Source of the DNA: Azolla caroliniana | Lineage: Eukaryota > Plantae > Polypodiophyta | Direction of reading: 5' to 3' | DNA length: 62,033 nt | NCBI GenBank assembly: GCA_043228905.1 | Contig: JBHGNT010000168.1 | Span: 1 to 62,033, forward strand | Shown: positions 1 through 13,400 of the stretch, piece after piece | Position numbering within the stretch: the first letter of the stretch is position 1 | Layout of the letters: the number at the start of each line of letters is the position of its first letter | The notes under the pieces: model-generated | What the model was told of the DNA's origin: nothing | Database searches by the model: none | What the model saw: the letters and a program-made list of their open reading frames with translations, nothing else | Program-made: the position numbers and the translations under genes

Positions 1-782
1 AACATGTAGTTAATTAGCTACTACCATACTTTAGCTAAGTGGTAGCCAATTAGCTACTACCATAGTTTAGTACAGTAGCTAATTAGCTAAGTGGTAGCTA
101 ATTAGCTACTACCATAATTTAGTTGAGTAACTAAGTAGCTAATTAGCTACTACCATAGTTGAATATAGTAGTTAATTCTCTACTCCCACAGTTTAGTTGA
201 GTAACTAATTAGCTAAGTGGTAGCTAATTAGCTACTACAATACTTTAGCTTAGTAGCTAATTAGCTATTACCATAGTTTAGTACAGGAGCTAATTAGCTA
301 AGTGGTAGCTAATTAGCTACTACCATAGTTTAGTACAGGAGCTAATTAGCTAAGTGGTAGCTAATTAGCTACTACCATACATTAGTTGAGTAGCTAATTA
401 GCTAAGTGGTAGCTAATTAGCTACTACCATACATTAGCTGAGTAGCTAATTAGTTAAGTGGTAGCTAATTAGCTACTATCATAGTTTACTACAATAGCTA
501 ATTAGCTACTACCATACTTCAGTTGAGTAGCTAATTAGCTAAGTGGAAGCTAATTAGCTAATACCATAGTTTAGTATAGTAGCTAATTAGCTAAGTGGTA
601 GCTAATTAGCTACTACCATACGTTAGTTGAGTAGTTAATTAGCTAAATGGTAGCTAATTAGCTAAGTGGTAGCTCATTAGCTAAGTGGTAGCTAATTAGC
701 TAAGTGGTAGCTCATTAGCTAAGTGGTAGCTAATAAGTTACTACCATAGTTTAATACATTAGCTAGTTAGCTAAATGGTAGT
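1..782. repeat. Tandem satellite built on the palindrome TAGCTAATTAGCTA (19-bp and ~33-bp subunits, ~52-bp composite), left part
   Basis: Repeated tagctaattagctaagtgg / tagctaattagctactaccatagtttagtacag; the array resumes after the Copia at 6061. Confidence 0.9.
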
Positions 783-1184
783 TGTTGAGAATCAAGCTCA
801 ACCTAGTCTAGTGTGTGAACACACCCTTGAGAGTGTGCACTCAAAGGTGAAAAGTCACCACTCTTATCCACACATTAACTATGTGTCATAGAATCATATT
901 CTATGACACATAACTAATGAGTTTTCACATTCCCCATGACCCATGAGCTTCAGTCGTTAATGAAGAGAGAGAGTGACTATATAAAGCGCTCTCCTCCTGC
1001 TTTGTAATTAGGTCGATTAATCTCCTTTGTAATATACATTTTCTTGAGTATTCTATAGTTGTTCAAATCTATCTATCTTGTGTTTCTCTCTCACTCACTC
1101 TCTCTCTCATACACACACACACACACTCACAACACATATCTGTAGTCTATTCCTCTGCACAAGAATCACCATCGATTCTTTACA
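783..1184 (+). repeat. 5' LTR, Copia family A
   Basis: TGTTGAGAATC...TTCTTTACA, matches 5665-6060, followed by tRNA-iMet PBS. Confidence 0.93.
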
Positions 1185-1339
1185 TGGTATCAGAGCGATT
1201 TGGTAGCTTGATCTCGCCCATCCGCGTGTGTTGAGCTCTACGATGACGTTCAAGAAGAACCGGCTCATCAGTATCGTAGTGTGACTACGTAGCTCGTATT
1301 AAAGAGAGAAGAAGAAGGAAGAAATCTACATCGAACACC

Positions 1340-4300
1340 ATGAATACTCAAATGGGGAGTGCTCTCCCTAGCGAGAAGTTGGACCGAAATAACCTCGCAT
1401 CTTGGGAGTACAAGATGCAACAATATCTTGTCAGTCAAGGCTATTGGAGCTACATCAAAGGAGCACAAGAAAACTGGCCCGACCCGGAAGATGCCGACTA
1501 TGCAACATGGGAGCAAGCGGGGAGTCGAGTAATGTATTGCTTGGTGACATGTGTTCACGACCACATGCTCGGTTACATTTGAGAAGCCGAGACACCGAAG
1601 GAAGTGTGGGAAAATCTAAGGAAGATATTCGTCGCCAATACAACGGCACGAAAGCTTCAACTCCGCCAACAGTTGAACAACATCCAACAACGGGATATGT
1701 CCATCACAAGCGACACCTTCAAGATCAAGGAGCTTTGTGATGCACTAAGCTTGATAAGCGTCAATGTGGAGGATGATGAAATGGTGCAAATATGCCTCGG
1801 TGGCCTTGCACCACGGTTCGGCGCGATGCGGACCGCCGTACTAGCACGAGTGAATCCGCCCTCCTTCTTTGATCTTCAATCTATGTTGTTGGTTGAAGAA
1901 AATCATGTTTGAACAAGGAGCAATGCCTCGGAAGACCACATGCTCTACACGCATTTGGACGGATGAAGAGGACGCAGTCATGCAAGAAGAGGCCAATTCA
2001 GCCAAGGACGAGGCAGACGATGCCCGACTTACGAAAACAACTCGCAATTTTGGCATCAAGACGGAAGCCATCGAGGAACCTTCAGAAGAAGGGGGAGCTT
2101 CCATTCCGCTCCAGCCAACAAACCTCGATCAAATGCAGTTATTGTGGAAAAACTGGCCACCATGAAGAAGAGTGCCGAAAGAAGAAGAGTGAGTCGGCTT
2201 CCACAAGCCAACAACTCACCAATTACGCCACCAACTCGGACTATGAAGATCATGGCGGAATGTTTGTAATGAGACATAGAACAAATTCTATGTCGGCCTC
2301 TACTTCGACTAATGTCTCCAATCCGGAAGATGTATGGTTCGTCGACTCCGGTGCTTCGAACCATATGACATCCCATCAAGAATGGTTCAAAGACCTTCGA
2401 GAGCCGGATCGACACGGTTATGTCGAGACCGGAGACGACACCACTTATCCGATTCGGCATGTCGGAAATGTCCCATTCGGGAAAGAAGGTGAACAAACTT
2501 GCATAAAAAATGTCTTACATGTACCCACTATAACGAAGAATTTGGTCTCGGTTGGCCAAATTGTGGAGCAAGGGATGCAAGTTCGATTCAACCAAGGAGG
2601 TTGCTTCATCGAGACGGAAGGCCGACTAATTCCTCGTGGTCGAAGGGAATGCCAAATGTTTATCCTCGAAGCGAACGAGGTAAAATCGGCCATGTACGCA
2701 AAGGGCCTCAAATCTGACACCGACATAGAGCTATGGCATAAAAGAATCGGCCATATCAATCTCAACAAACTCAAGGTGATGCAATCGAAAGGAGTCTGTA
2801 TCAGGCTCCCGACCTTCAAAGAGAAAGAGATTGGAGTATGTGAAGCATGCCAATTCGGCAAGCAACATCGGCTCCCGTTCCCGAAGAAAAGGAACGTGAG
2901 CAAAGGCCTATTGGACGTAGTCCACTCGGATGTGTGGGGACTGGCACAAATGGCTATGTTCGGAAGATGTTGGTACTATGTTACCTTCGTCGATGACTTC
3001 TCTAGATACACATGGATCTTTCCCATGAGGATGAACAGTGAAGTGTTTACACACTTCCAAAAATTCAAAAGTGAAGTCGAAAAGACAACTGGGCATCATG
3101 TATGATGTTTTCGGTCAGACGGAGGAAAGGAATACTTCTCCGATCCGTTCACGGCATACCTTGGACAAGAAGGAATTTGGCAAGAATTCACTTGTCGACA
3201 CACACCGCAACAGAATAGTGTAGCTGTATGCAAGAATTGGCACATCCTCGAAGTAGCAAGGACCATGCTAAATGAGAAGCATATGCCCAAGTCATATTAG
3301 GCAGAAGCTGCAAATACCGCCATCTACCTCATGAACCAATTCACAACATTTGGAGTGCACAAGGTCACCCCCCACGAGAAATACTATGGGAAGAAGCCGG
3401 ATCTATCCCGTGTAAGGATATTCGGCTCCATTGCATACGTGCACATTCCCGATGAGAAGCGGCAGAAGCTTGACCCAAAATCAGATAAGTGCATCGTCGT
3501 GGGGTACTCACTAGAGCAAAAGGGGTACAAGTGCTTCAACCCCTCTACTCGGAAGACTTGTGTAAGTCGGGATGTCATCTTTGATGAATCGACATCATGG
3601 CACAAACCCGAGCCGACTCCTCCCGAATCATCTACAAATGACCTTGACAACATAGAAGAAGATGATCAACTAAGGTCAATACTCAAAGAGAGTCCGATCT
3701 CAACTAGATTGAGTGGACCACAAGAGCCTCCGAGCAACCAAAGCACATCTCGGCCAAGTCCAAAGATGGACAAAGGGAAGGCCAAAATGCCGAAATATGA
3801 AGACGATCACTTCGATGGCAACGAATCGACCCATCCACTCGATAGTGAGTTAGATGGCTTTGATGTGTCTCTTACGAGGTCACCCGGAGTTGAAAAAACA
3901 CTCACATCGGCAAAAGAGAAACTCCGTCACTCCACCCGAGAGAAGAATCTGGTTAGCCGATTCGGCTACAACGACTATATGGCATACCACTATGCCTTTA
4001 TGATGAAGGTGGCAGCAGTTCGAGAACCGGAGAGCTTTGCCGAAGCCTCTAAAGATACACAATGGGTTGAAGCAATGAACGAGGAGATGCAAGCTCTCAG
4101 CAAGAATGAGACATGGGATCTCATCCCTCACTCACCGCACAAGAAGGCAATCGGCTGCAGATGGATATACAAAGTGAAATATAATGTCGACGGTTCCGTC
4201 AACCACTACAAAGCTCGACTTGTAAGAAAGGGCTACGCAGAAACACAGGGCGTCGACTATGAAGAGACCTTTGCCCCGGTGGCAAAGATGACAACCGTGC

Positions 4301-5563
4301 GAACTGTGATAGCGCTTGCAGCAGCGAAAGGGTGGCACCTCCACTAGATGGATGTCAAGAACACTTTTCTTCAAGGCGAATTAGAAGAGGAGGTGTACAT
4401 GGTACACCCACCCGGCTTCGAATCCAACATTCATCCGAAAGCCATCTACCAACTCAAGAAACCTCTCTACGGCCTTAAGCAAGCACCACGTGCTTGGCAC
4501 TCGAAGATAACACAATATCTTCATCGAATCGACTTCCGAATGTCAAAATTCGACAATTCTCTCTATGTAAGACGCGATTCCGAAAGTTCGATCGTCATCA
4601 TCCTATACACGGATGATCTGGTCATTGGGGGTGAGCATCTAGTCGACATCAACAAGGTCAAATCCCTCATTTCCAACAAATTCGAGATGATGGACATGAA
4701 AGAGCTCCACTACTTCCTTTGCATCGAGGTAATTCGGACTCCAGCTAGGATTATGATCTCCCAACGACACTACATTTTCAACTTGTTATACAAGTTCGGG
4801 ATAACTAAGTGCAAGTCTATGGCAACACCTCTCGACCGAAACCTCAAACTAGATGCCAATTTTGGCACCACAGAGTGTGAGCCGACTCAGTATAGACAAC
4901 TGATTGGTAGTCTTCTCTACCTCACGATCACTCAACCAAACTTGAGCTATCAGGTCAGCCTTCTTAGCCAGTTCATGCAAACGCCACGAGATATCCATTT
5001 GGATTGTGCTAAGAGAGTGCTACGATATGTGAGTGGAATGATGGACTATGACATTCTCTATAAGTCGGCCATGCCAATTCAACTCGAGGGGTAAATAGAT
5101 GCTCACTGGGCAAGCTACAAAGCAGACCGACGATCAACCTCTGGTTTCGTCTTCTGCCTCGGAAGTGGAGCCATCTCCTGGAGTAGCAAGAAGCAACCAA
5201 CTGTCGCTCTTTCGAGCACAGAGGCCAAATACAGGGGCGCGGCGGTGGCTGCATGTCAAGCCGTATGGCTCAAGAGGATGTTAAAGGATCTAGGCATTCC
5301 CATCAAAGATCCGATTCTCCTTTACTGCGACAACATGAGCAATATTTATCTGGCTCGAAACCCTGTGTTCCACGCACGCACGAAGCATATCGAAGTGCAC
5401 TATCACCTCATTCGAGAGTGTGTTTAGGCTGGCGATGTCGACCTTCAACATATCATTACGAATCTTCAGACAACCGACATCTTCACCAAAGCCCTAGGAG
5501 CCGACAAGCTTCCGCAATTCTGGTCAAACCTTGGATTGACGGTCCTTGACTTGCCAAGCTTGA
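1340..5563 (+). pseudogene. Copia gag-pol (gag, zinc knuckle, protease, integrase, RT, RNase H) with stops and frameshifts
   Basis: [70 protein letters not shown] across ORFs 1340-5427. Confidence 0.93.
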
Positions 5564-5664
5564 GGGGGAGTCTGAGCCCGATGTACCGGATACCGTCCAA
5601 ACCGGATACAAGCCGAAGTGGACATCAACCGAAGTAGCCGACCAAAGTTGAGCTTGAGGGGGCG

Positions 5665-6060
5665 TGTTGAGAATCAAGCTCAACCTAGTCTAGTGTGTGA
5701 ACACACTCTTGAGAGAATACACTCAAAGGTCAAAAGTCACCACTCTTATCCACACATTAACTATGTGTCATAGAATCATATTCTATGACACATAACTAAT
5801 GAGTTTTCACATTCCCCATGACCCATGAGCTTCAATAATTAATGAAGAGAGAGAGTGACTATATAAAGCACTCTCCTCCTAATTTGTAATTAGGTCAATT
5901 AATCTCCTTTGTAATATACATCTTCTTGAGTATTCTATAGTTGTTCAAATCTATCTATCTTGTATTTCTCTCTCACTCTCTCTCTGTCTCATACACACAC
6001 ACTCACAACACATACCTCTAGTCTATTTCGTTGCACAAGAATCACCATCGATTCTTTACA
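5665..6060 (+). repeat. 3' LTR, Copia family A
   Basis: Direct repeat of 783-1184, preceded by GAGGGGGCG. Confidence 0.93.
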
Positions 6061-6853
6061 GTAGCTAATTAGCTACTACTATAGTTTAGTACAGTAGCTA
6101 ATTAGCTAAGTGGTAGCTAATTAGCTATTACCATAGTTTAGTATAGTAGCTAATTAGCTAAGTGGTAGAAAATTAGCTACTCCCACAATAGCGAATTAGC
6201 TAAGTGGTAGCTAATAGCTACTAGCATACGTTAGCCGAGTAGCTAATTACCTACCACCATAGTTTAATAGAATAGCTAATTAGCTAAATGGTAGCTGATT
6301 AGTTACTACCATAGTTTAGTACAATAGCTAATTAGCTAAGTGGTAGATAATTAGCTACTACCATAGTTTAGTACAGTAGCTAATTAGCTACCACTTAGCT
6401 AATTAGCTACTACCATACTTTAGTAGAGTAGTTAAGTATGTAAGTGGTAGCTATTTAGCTACTACCATAGTTTAGTAAAGTAGCTAATTAGCTACTACCA
6501 TACGTTAGATGAGTAGCTAATTAGCTACCACTTAGCTAATTAGGTACTACCATAGTTTAGTATAGTAGCTAATTAGCTAAGTGGGGGCTAATTAGCTAGC
6601 CACTATAACTAAAGTATGGTACTAGCTAATTAGCTACTACCATAGTTTAGTACAGTAGCTAATTAGCTAAGTGGTAGCTAGTTAGCTAATACCATATTTT
6701 AGTACAGTAGCTAATTAGCTACTACCATACTTTAGTTCTAGTCACTAATTAGCTAGTACCATACCTAAGCGAAGTAGCTAATTAGCTCAATGGTAGCTAA
6801 TTAGCTACTGTCATAGTCTAGAAGAATAGCTAGTTAGCTAAGATGTAGCTAAT
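6061..6853. repeat. Palindromic satellite, right part (with local inversions)
   Basis: Same units as 1-782; inverted ctaccacttagctaattag copies near 6388 and 6524. Confidence 0.9.
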
Positions 6854-7040
6854 GAGCGACCATGTTGTTGTAGAATCTTGTGGATTAAGGAGGGCACTTG
6901 AGCTGTCTGGTGTTGATGATGGTGCAACCGATGAGGAGATAGTTGGCAACATGGCTGAAAGTAAGAGTCCTGCTATCACATATCCTTCAGATCAGCTCCA
7001 CCCTATTCGTTTGGAAGATGGTAATAAATTAGGCAATGAT

Positions 7041-10000
7041 TGTCAGGAATAGTACTAAAGCAGAGATGGAATTAGTACTAAGAAGAGTAGTACTATTAGT
7101 ACTAAGAGGAGGGGACTGCGTAAGATTCCCGAGAGAGAGGAAGTGAGAAGAGGAGAGAGAGAGATAGGATGATGACAACAACTCTTATATTATATGAAAG
7201 ATAAGTACAAATCGGCTAAGAGGCTTAAGACTGGTGTTGAACCAATTTGGTTCAAAACAATGCCTTGTGCCTCCTTTTATAGTGTTTTTAGGAACAATCT
7301 TGAAGCTTCTAGAATGTTCCAGAGAGATCTGGAATATATATCAATTTTCTATGATAAAGCATAAATGAAAATAATATCCTACAAATTACAATTCATAGTC
7401 TAATGGTAAGAGCTCGACCCATGTAGCATAAGGTCATGGGTTCGAGTCTTGCCATATCATCACACTATCTCCCCCTTAAAGACGACGAGTGGAACGAGTC
7501 AGCGCTAATTGCGGACCGGGTTTGTCCGGATACTTTCGGTGGAAATCAACAAGAAGATCCTGTGCATTGGCAACATGCTCGACGAGTTCCCAAGTACGTT
7601 CGCTCGGACTATAACCGAGGCAATCGACCAAGTAATAAAGTTTGTTGTGAACAAGTTTGGAATCGAGGATGGCAGCAACTTCATACTCCGGGCCGGCGTC
7701 CAACTCCAGCGGGGGCGGCGGTGGTGTCACACGATCAGGAATGGTGTTGGCTTTATAAGGTTCAAGAAGAGAACAATGCAAAACCGGATGTATCTGAAGC
7801 TGCGGAGGGAGATCAAGGCGGAAGGTGACATCATTAATCTTACCCGTAATACGGAAGGGACCGAGTCGTCGATAATCCAACTTGTCGCACGGTCGAGTAG
7901 TCTTGATGTGACGACGTAAGAGCCATACTCGATCTCCGATGGCAAAAGAGGAGGGAATCCGATGACGATCCGCATAAGACTTCTGTGTGTGTTGAGCATG
8001 ACGAAGGTGAGTAGAGAGATCCATCTGGATCTTGCGTAGCCTCTCCAAATGATCCTCGGCACGAGGGTTGGTAGGTAGCTCCGGAGTGTCGATCACCGAC
8101 CAATGAGGATGGAAACCGGTATAAGCGAAAAATGGGGAGACCCGAGTCGAGGAGTGAATAACATTATTATACGCAAACTCCGCAAAGTGGAGAATCTCGG
8201 CCCAATCATCCTGTTGATAACTCAGGAAACACCAGAGATATTGCTCCAGCGTTTGGTTTGTTCGTTCCGCCTGCCCGTCAGTCTGAGGATGGTAGCCGGA
8301 GGAGAGGTTGCAGGAGACCTTGAGCATCTTGAAGAGATGCTGCCAAAATTTGGAGACAAATTGCGGGCCTCGGTCACTGATAATACTGTCTGGGAGGCCA
8401 TGATGCCGAAATACCTCACGCATAACAAGAGCGGCGGTTTCCTCGCGAGTGATGGCTTTAGTACATGGCACAAAATGTGCCATCTTCGTATATCGATTGA
8501 CGACGGTTAGGATAGCATTGAACCCCTTCAAGACTGGCAGATCTGTGATAAAATTAAGACAAATAGACTGCCACGGCTTACTGGGAATCGGTCAGGGTTC
8601 CAACAAGCTATATGGATGGTGTCGAGGCATCTTTGCTCGGCAACAAGCATCACAGGTCCGAACGTAGTCGTCGACAAAATGGCACATGTGGGGCCACCAA
8701 AAAGATCGTTGCACTAACTCCAACGTCTTAGTACTACCGAAATGTCCCGCCGTATGGGTGTCGTGACAATGTTGGACGATTTGAAGGCGACAGGAGCAAT
8801 CGGGGACATATACGCGCTTTTTAAAGAATAACTAACCATCATGATATTTGAATTGTCGGTAGTCAATACCTGGTTGTTGAGACTGAGAACAGGATGCCCG
8901 AGAAGTATCAATGTGCGCCAAGATGTCTTGAGCAAAACTATCCGTCTTCAAGGTTGCACGTATGTCATCGGTAATCCGTGAATCCATCGGGGTGTGAAAA
9001 ATCCGCGTCGTGTGCAATCGTGTTGGTCCCAAGATTACTTGCTTTTGATTATCAAATGTTGTGTCACCAGGACGAGGTGCAAGATATGAATGCCGTGATA
9101 GTGCATCTGCTTTTCCTTGCTGCTTCCCCGGTCGATATGTGATTTTGAAGTCGAAACGCATGAGGAATTGCGCCCACCAAGCTTGCCGTCGATTTAGTAC
9201 GCGAGCGTTTTGAAAATAAGCAAGATTTTTATGATCGCTAAAGACAATGACCTGATGTGGAGAGCCCTCTAAGAAATGCCGCCATTGTACAAATGAATCC
9301 ACGATGGCTAATAACTCCTTGTCATGTATTTCGTAGTTGATTTCTGCGACATCGAATTTGCGCGAATGGAAAGCCACCGGATGCAACTCTTCTTTATCGC
9401 CTTGTTGAGAAAGGATGCTACCGAGGGCGAAATTTGATGCGTCGGCCTCCATGATGAATGGTTTGCTTGTATCCACATGAGCTACAATCGGTGCTGATGT
9501 AAAGGCTTTCTTAAGATGCCGAAAAGCCATATCTGCTTCTATGGACCAAAGAAATTCTTGGCCCTTCTTCGTAAGTTGTGTGAGAGGTAAAATAATCTTC
9601 GAGTAATCCTGTATAAACTTACGGTAGAAGTTAGCAAAACCTAGAAAACATTGTACATCTCGTACTGACCGTGGAATTTGCCACTCTAGTACAGTTTGGA
9701 TTTTAGCTGGATCCATGGCGATGCCCTTTGAGGAGATGACGTAGCCTAGAAATTCCACTTGCTTGCAGTCAAAGCTACATTTTTCTAGCTTGGCATAAAG
9801 ACCATTCTCGCGGAGTCGCTTTAGTACTAATAGTACATGAGAATCGTGCTCTTCCTGGGTCTTCGAATAAATCAATAGATCATCCAGATAAATGATCAAA
9901 CAGATATCCAAGAGGTCTCTGAATATATCATTTGCCATGTGTTGGAAGACTGCGGGTGCATTGGTTAGGCCAAACGGCATAACAGTATACTCGAAATGCC

Positions 10001-10238
10001 CATACCGCGTGCGAAAGGCGGTCTTCCACTCATCTCCCGGTCGGATTCACACGAGGTTATACGCTCCTCGTAGGTCGATTTTAGTAAAAAACTTGGCACC
10101 ATTAACTCGCTCTAAAAGACTTGATATAAGAGGAAGTGCATACCTATTCCGGATGGTGACTTTATTCAATCCGCGGTAATCAACGGCAAGACGAAGTGAG
10201 CCATCTTTCTTCTTGACAAAGAAGATGGGTGCACCGGT
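7041..10238 (-). mobile_element. 5'-truncated Ty3/Gypsy chromovirus (Tcn1-like): RT-RNaseH-integrase-chromodomain plus 3' LTR
   Basis: Minus-strand PPT at 7465-7480 abuts the LTR edge at 7464; the far LTR edge is uncertain (7041 or ~6863); pol breaks off at [24 protein letters not shown]. Confidence 0.85.
7476..10238 (-). pseudogene. Gypsy pol: RT (YLDD), RNase H (ADAS..ELLAIV), integrase (SDRG, GPF), C-terminal chromodomain
   Basis: ORFs 8832-9980 and 7476-8531; chromodomain EYEVAAILDSK..YYLV..GYSPSERTWE. Confidence 0.92.
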
Positions 10239-10406
10239 TGGACAGATGATCTTATTTTGCAGGTAGATGCATCATGTGATACTAGTGGGCTGATATCGAC
10301 TAGATCTGTATCGACATGCATGAGCCAATGACTAAGTCGACAACACAAGAGCACCAGAATGTGAAGCCAGGCCCAACACAGTCGACCAGGGGTTTGAAGA
10401 CGAAAA

Positions 10407-13400
10407 GGAACCTTCATCATATCAGCCTTCTCTGCTTTCGTCTTCAGGCTTTGCTTACCGGATAGTCTGCAGTTTGCCGGGAGTGTCGATCCGACCGGTT
10501 TTGCTTCTAACATGTTGAACCGCTGAAGCACCTTTGTCACATATTTCTCCTGTGACAGCCACAATTGCTTCTTTGACCGGTCTCGGATGATGTGCATCCC
10601 CAGTATCTGTCTTGCCGGGCCCAAGTCTTTCATTGCGAAGGTTCGGTTGAGAGCCTTCTTCAGCATCCGTATTTTGGCTTGGTCCCGTCCAACGATCAAC
10701 ATGTCGTCCACGTACAGAAGGAGTATCAGGAGGTCGCCTCCTATGAACTTCTTCACAAACACGCAGTTATCAACCTGTGTCTTGTGGTACCCTTGATCGG
10801 TCATGAAGGAGTCGAACTTCTGGTACCATTGTCGGGGAGCCTGCTTTAGTCCGTACAGGCTCTTCTTCAACCAGCAGACCAAGTGCTCCTTCCCTTTCTC
10901 CAGGAATCCTTCCGGTTGCGGCATGTAGATCTCCTCTTCGAGGTCACCATGAAGGAATGTCGTCTTCACGTCCAACTGGTCTACCTCGAGGTCCATGCTT
11001 GCCGCTATACTCAGCACCATCCGGATGGAGGTCGTCTTTACTACGGGGGAAATATCTCGTCGAAGTCCACGCCCTTCTTCTGCTGGAACCCCTTCACCAC
11101 GATCCTGGCTTTGTATCTCGGGGGGTTGCCGGCATCTCCCGGTTTCCATTTGTACACCCACTTGTTTCGGAGTGCCTACTTTCCTTTCGGCAACTCCACC
11201 AATTCGTACGTATGGTTCTCATGCAGGGAATCCACCTCATCCTTCATGACACTTAACCATTTGTGGCTGTGGGTGTCATCTTTCCCTTCTTCGAAGCTTT
11301 CTGGCTCTCCCTCATCGGTCAGCAGCACATGCTCTGCATCCGGAAATCTCCGGGGGGGCCTTCTCTCTCTGAGAGGATATCTCCGTCTTTGGCCTTCAAC
11401 AACCGGCTCCACTATTTGCTCTTCATCCAAATCCGATTCGGGGTCTTGTCCGGTTTCGGTTTCACCTATTCCTTCTTCTTCGGCCTGTCTTGTCTCCTTA
11501 CCATCACCGGCCGGTTCATCGAGTGCTAACCGGTCTCTTGCCGGTTGGGTCTGCACATCGTAGAATCAATCCTTATCGGTCAACTCGGAGTTCATTATCT
11601 TCTTCTCCGACTCCCAGTCGGCGAGCGTCTTGTCCTCCATGAAGAAAACATCTCGACTCCAGAATACCTTCTTGTCGGCCAGATCCCACACTCGGTAGCC
11701 GAACTCATCGTCGCCGTAACCGAGGAATATGCATGGCCGGGTCTTTGGGTCCAACTTTCCTCACCGGTCCTTAGCAACATGCACGTATGCAAGACACCAT
11801 AATACCTTCAGATGCCGGTAGGACACTTCCTTACCGGTCCAGACTCTCTGTGGCGTGTTTCCGTCCAAGGGTACTAAGGGTGATCTGTTTATCACATATG
11901 TCGCCGTCAACAGTGCCTCAGCCCAAAACTTCTTGGGTAGTTTTGCATGCGCAAGCATACTCCGGACCCTCTCCATTATGGTCTGGTTCATCCTCTCGGC
12001 CAACCCGTTTAGTTCCGGCATCTTCAGCACAGTAAATTCGAGCCAGATTCCCTTCCCCGTGTAGCCTTCATCATCTAGCCGATCGGTTGATATCAGGTTC
12101 AGGCGAACCTCCGGAACGTGTCAGACATCCTTCAGCAGCAGCTTGCATCCGGTTGGTGTTGTCAACCACACGTCTCCTATGCTGACAACTCGGCATGTAC
12201 CTTCATTCCCCATCCGGACACAACCATGATCACCGGCTGAGTAGGATGAGAAGTATTTATAGTTCGGGGTAAGGTGGAACGACGCTCCAGAATCAACAAC
12301 CCACGTTGTCTCGTCGCCTGCAAGGTTCAACTGACTCTCCTCGGTGATGAGCATCAACTCTTCTTTACTTGCCGCGATTGCCGTCGTTCCCTTCCGGTCC
12401 GTCCCCCTCCGCTCTTTACCATTCCGGTCCGGTGTCTGCTTCGAATCGGTACCATTGGATTCCTTGGCTTTTCGGAAGTGCCGACAGTTCTTCTGGAAGT
12501 GTCCCGGCTTGCCGCAATAGAAGCAGGTAGGCCTCCCCCTTGACTTTGACCGCGTCCCCGATTTCTCCCGGTTCTGGGGACTACGGTTCCTTTGTCTTCC
12601 GAGTTCCAATTCGGTAATGAGCGCTTTGGAGTCGGAGTTTGTATCCTTGTCTTTCCGACGCGCCTCCTCATCTAGCAAGCTCGACTTCACTCTTGCTAGG
12701 GATAACTGTTTCCCTTCCGGCCCGGCGTTGCCTAAAGTGACAACCAACGTCTCCCAGCTATCTGGGAGGGAACCGAGCAGGAGTAGTGCTAGTACCTCAT
12801 CGGCGAGAGGTACTTCTAATGATGTTTCCTAGTGTATCAGCCCCTAGAAGGCATTCATGTGCTCCGCCATGCTGGAGCCATCTTGGTACCGGAGTCTTAC
12901 TAGCTTCCGAAATACCGAAACCTGATTAACAACATTTTTGTTCTGAAACATAATACCGATCTTCTCCAAGAGCTCATGAGCCTTGCTCTCTTCATTGAAG
13001 TTGTTGTATAGACTCGTGTCGATGAAGCACCATATGTACGCCGTTGTCTTCATGTGCATCACCTCCCATATCGTGGCGTCGATTTTGTCCAGTCTCTTGT
13101 CCCCAAACTGAACCGGCAACCAAAGATCTTTAACCACGAGCATGTCCCTCATCTTCGACTTCCACACCGAATAGTTGGAGCCGGTGAGCTTGAACATGCC
13201 TCCCAACGATTCGTCCATTTTCTGTGTCGTTTCGCTCTGATACCAGTTTGAAAGGACTATGCGCTCTCAATGCACAACGCTCGGCCACAACCGAGTCTAG
13301 GATCAAACACAGAAAACGGGTGATGTACGCACGACACAGTAAAGAGAAGAGTACACAGGATGTTTACGTGGAAAACCCAAACATGGGAAAAACCACGACA

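Larger units (their letters stand above)
783..6060 (+). mobile_element. Full-length but degenerate Ty1/Copia LTR retrotransposon (family A)
   Basis: LTRs 783-1184 and 5665-6060 (TG..CA); PBS TGGTATCAGAGC 1185-1196; PPT before 5665; TSD GTAGT/GTAGC. Confidence 0.95.

Noticed and set aside
5556-5572. Second PPT-like GAGGGGGAG suggesting another LTR start
   Set aside because: Not followed by LTR sequence; the LTR match begins at 5665
6852-7052. 66-aa ORF between the satellite and the Gypsy LTR
   Set aside because: No recognisable motif; cannot distinguish it from LTR or decayed TE sequence
7390-7464. Bona fide tRNA gene
   Set aside because: A and B boxes are present, but no convincing acceptor stem or anticodon arm; reported only as tRNA-like
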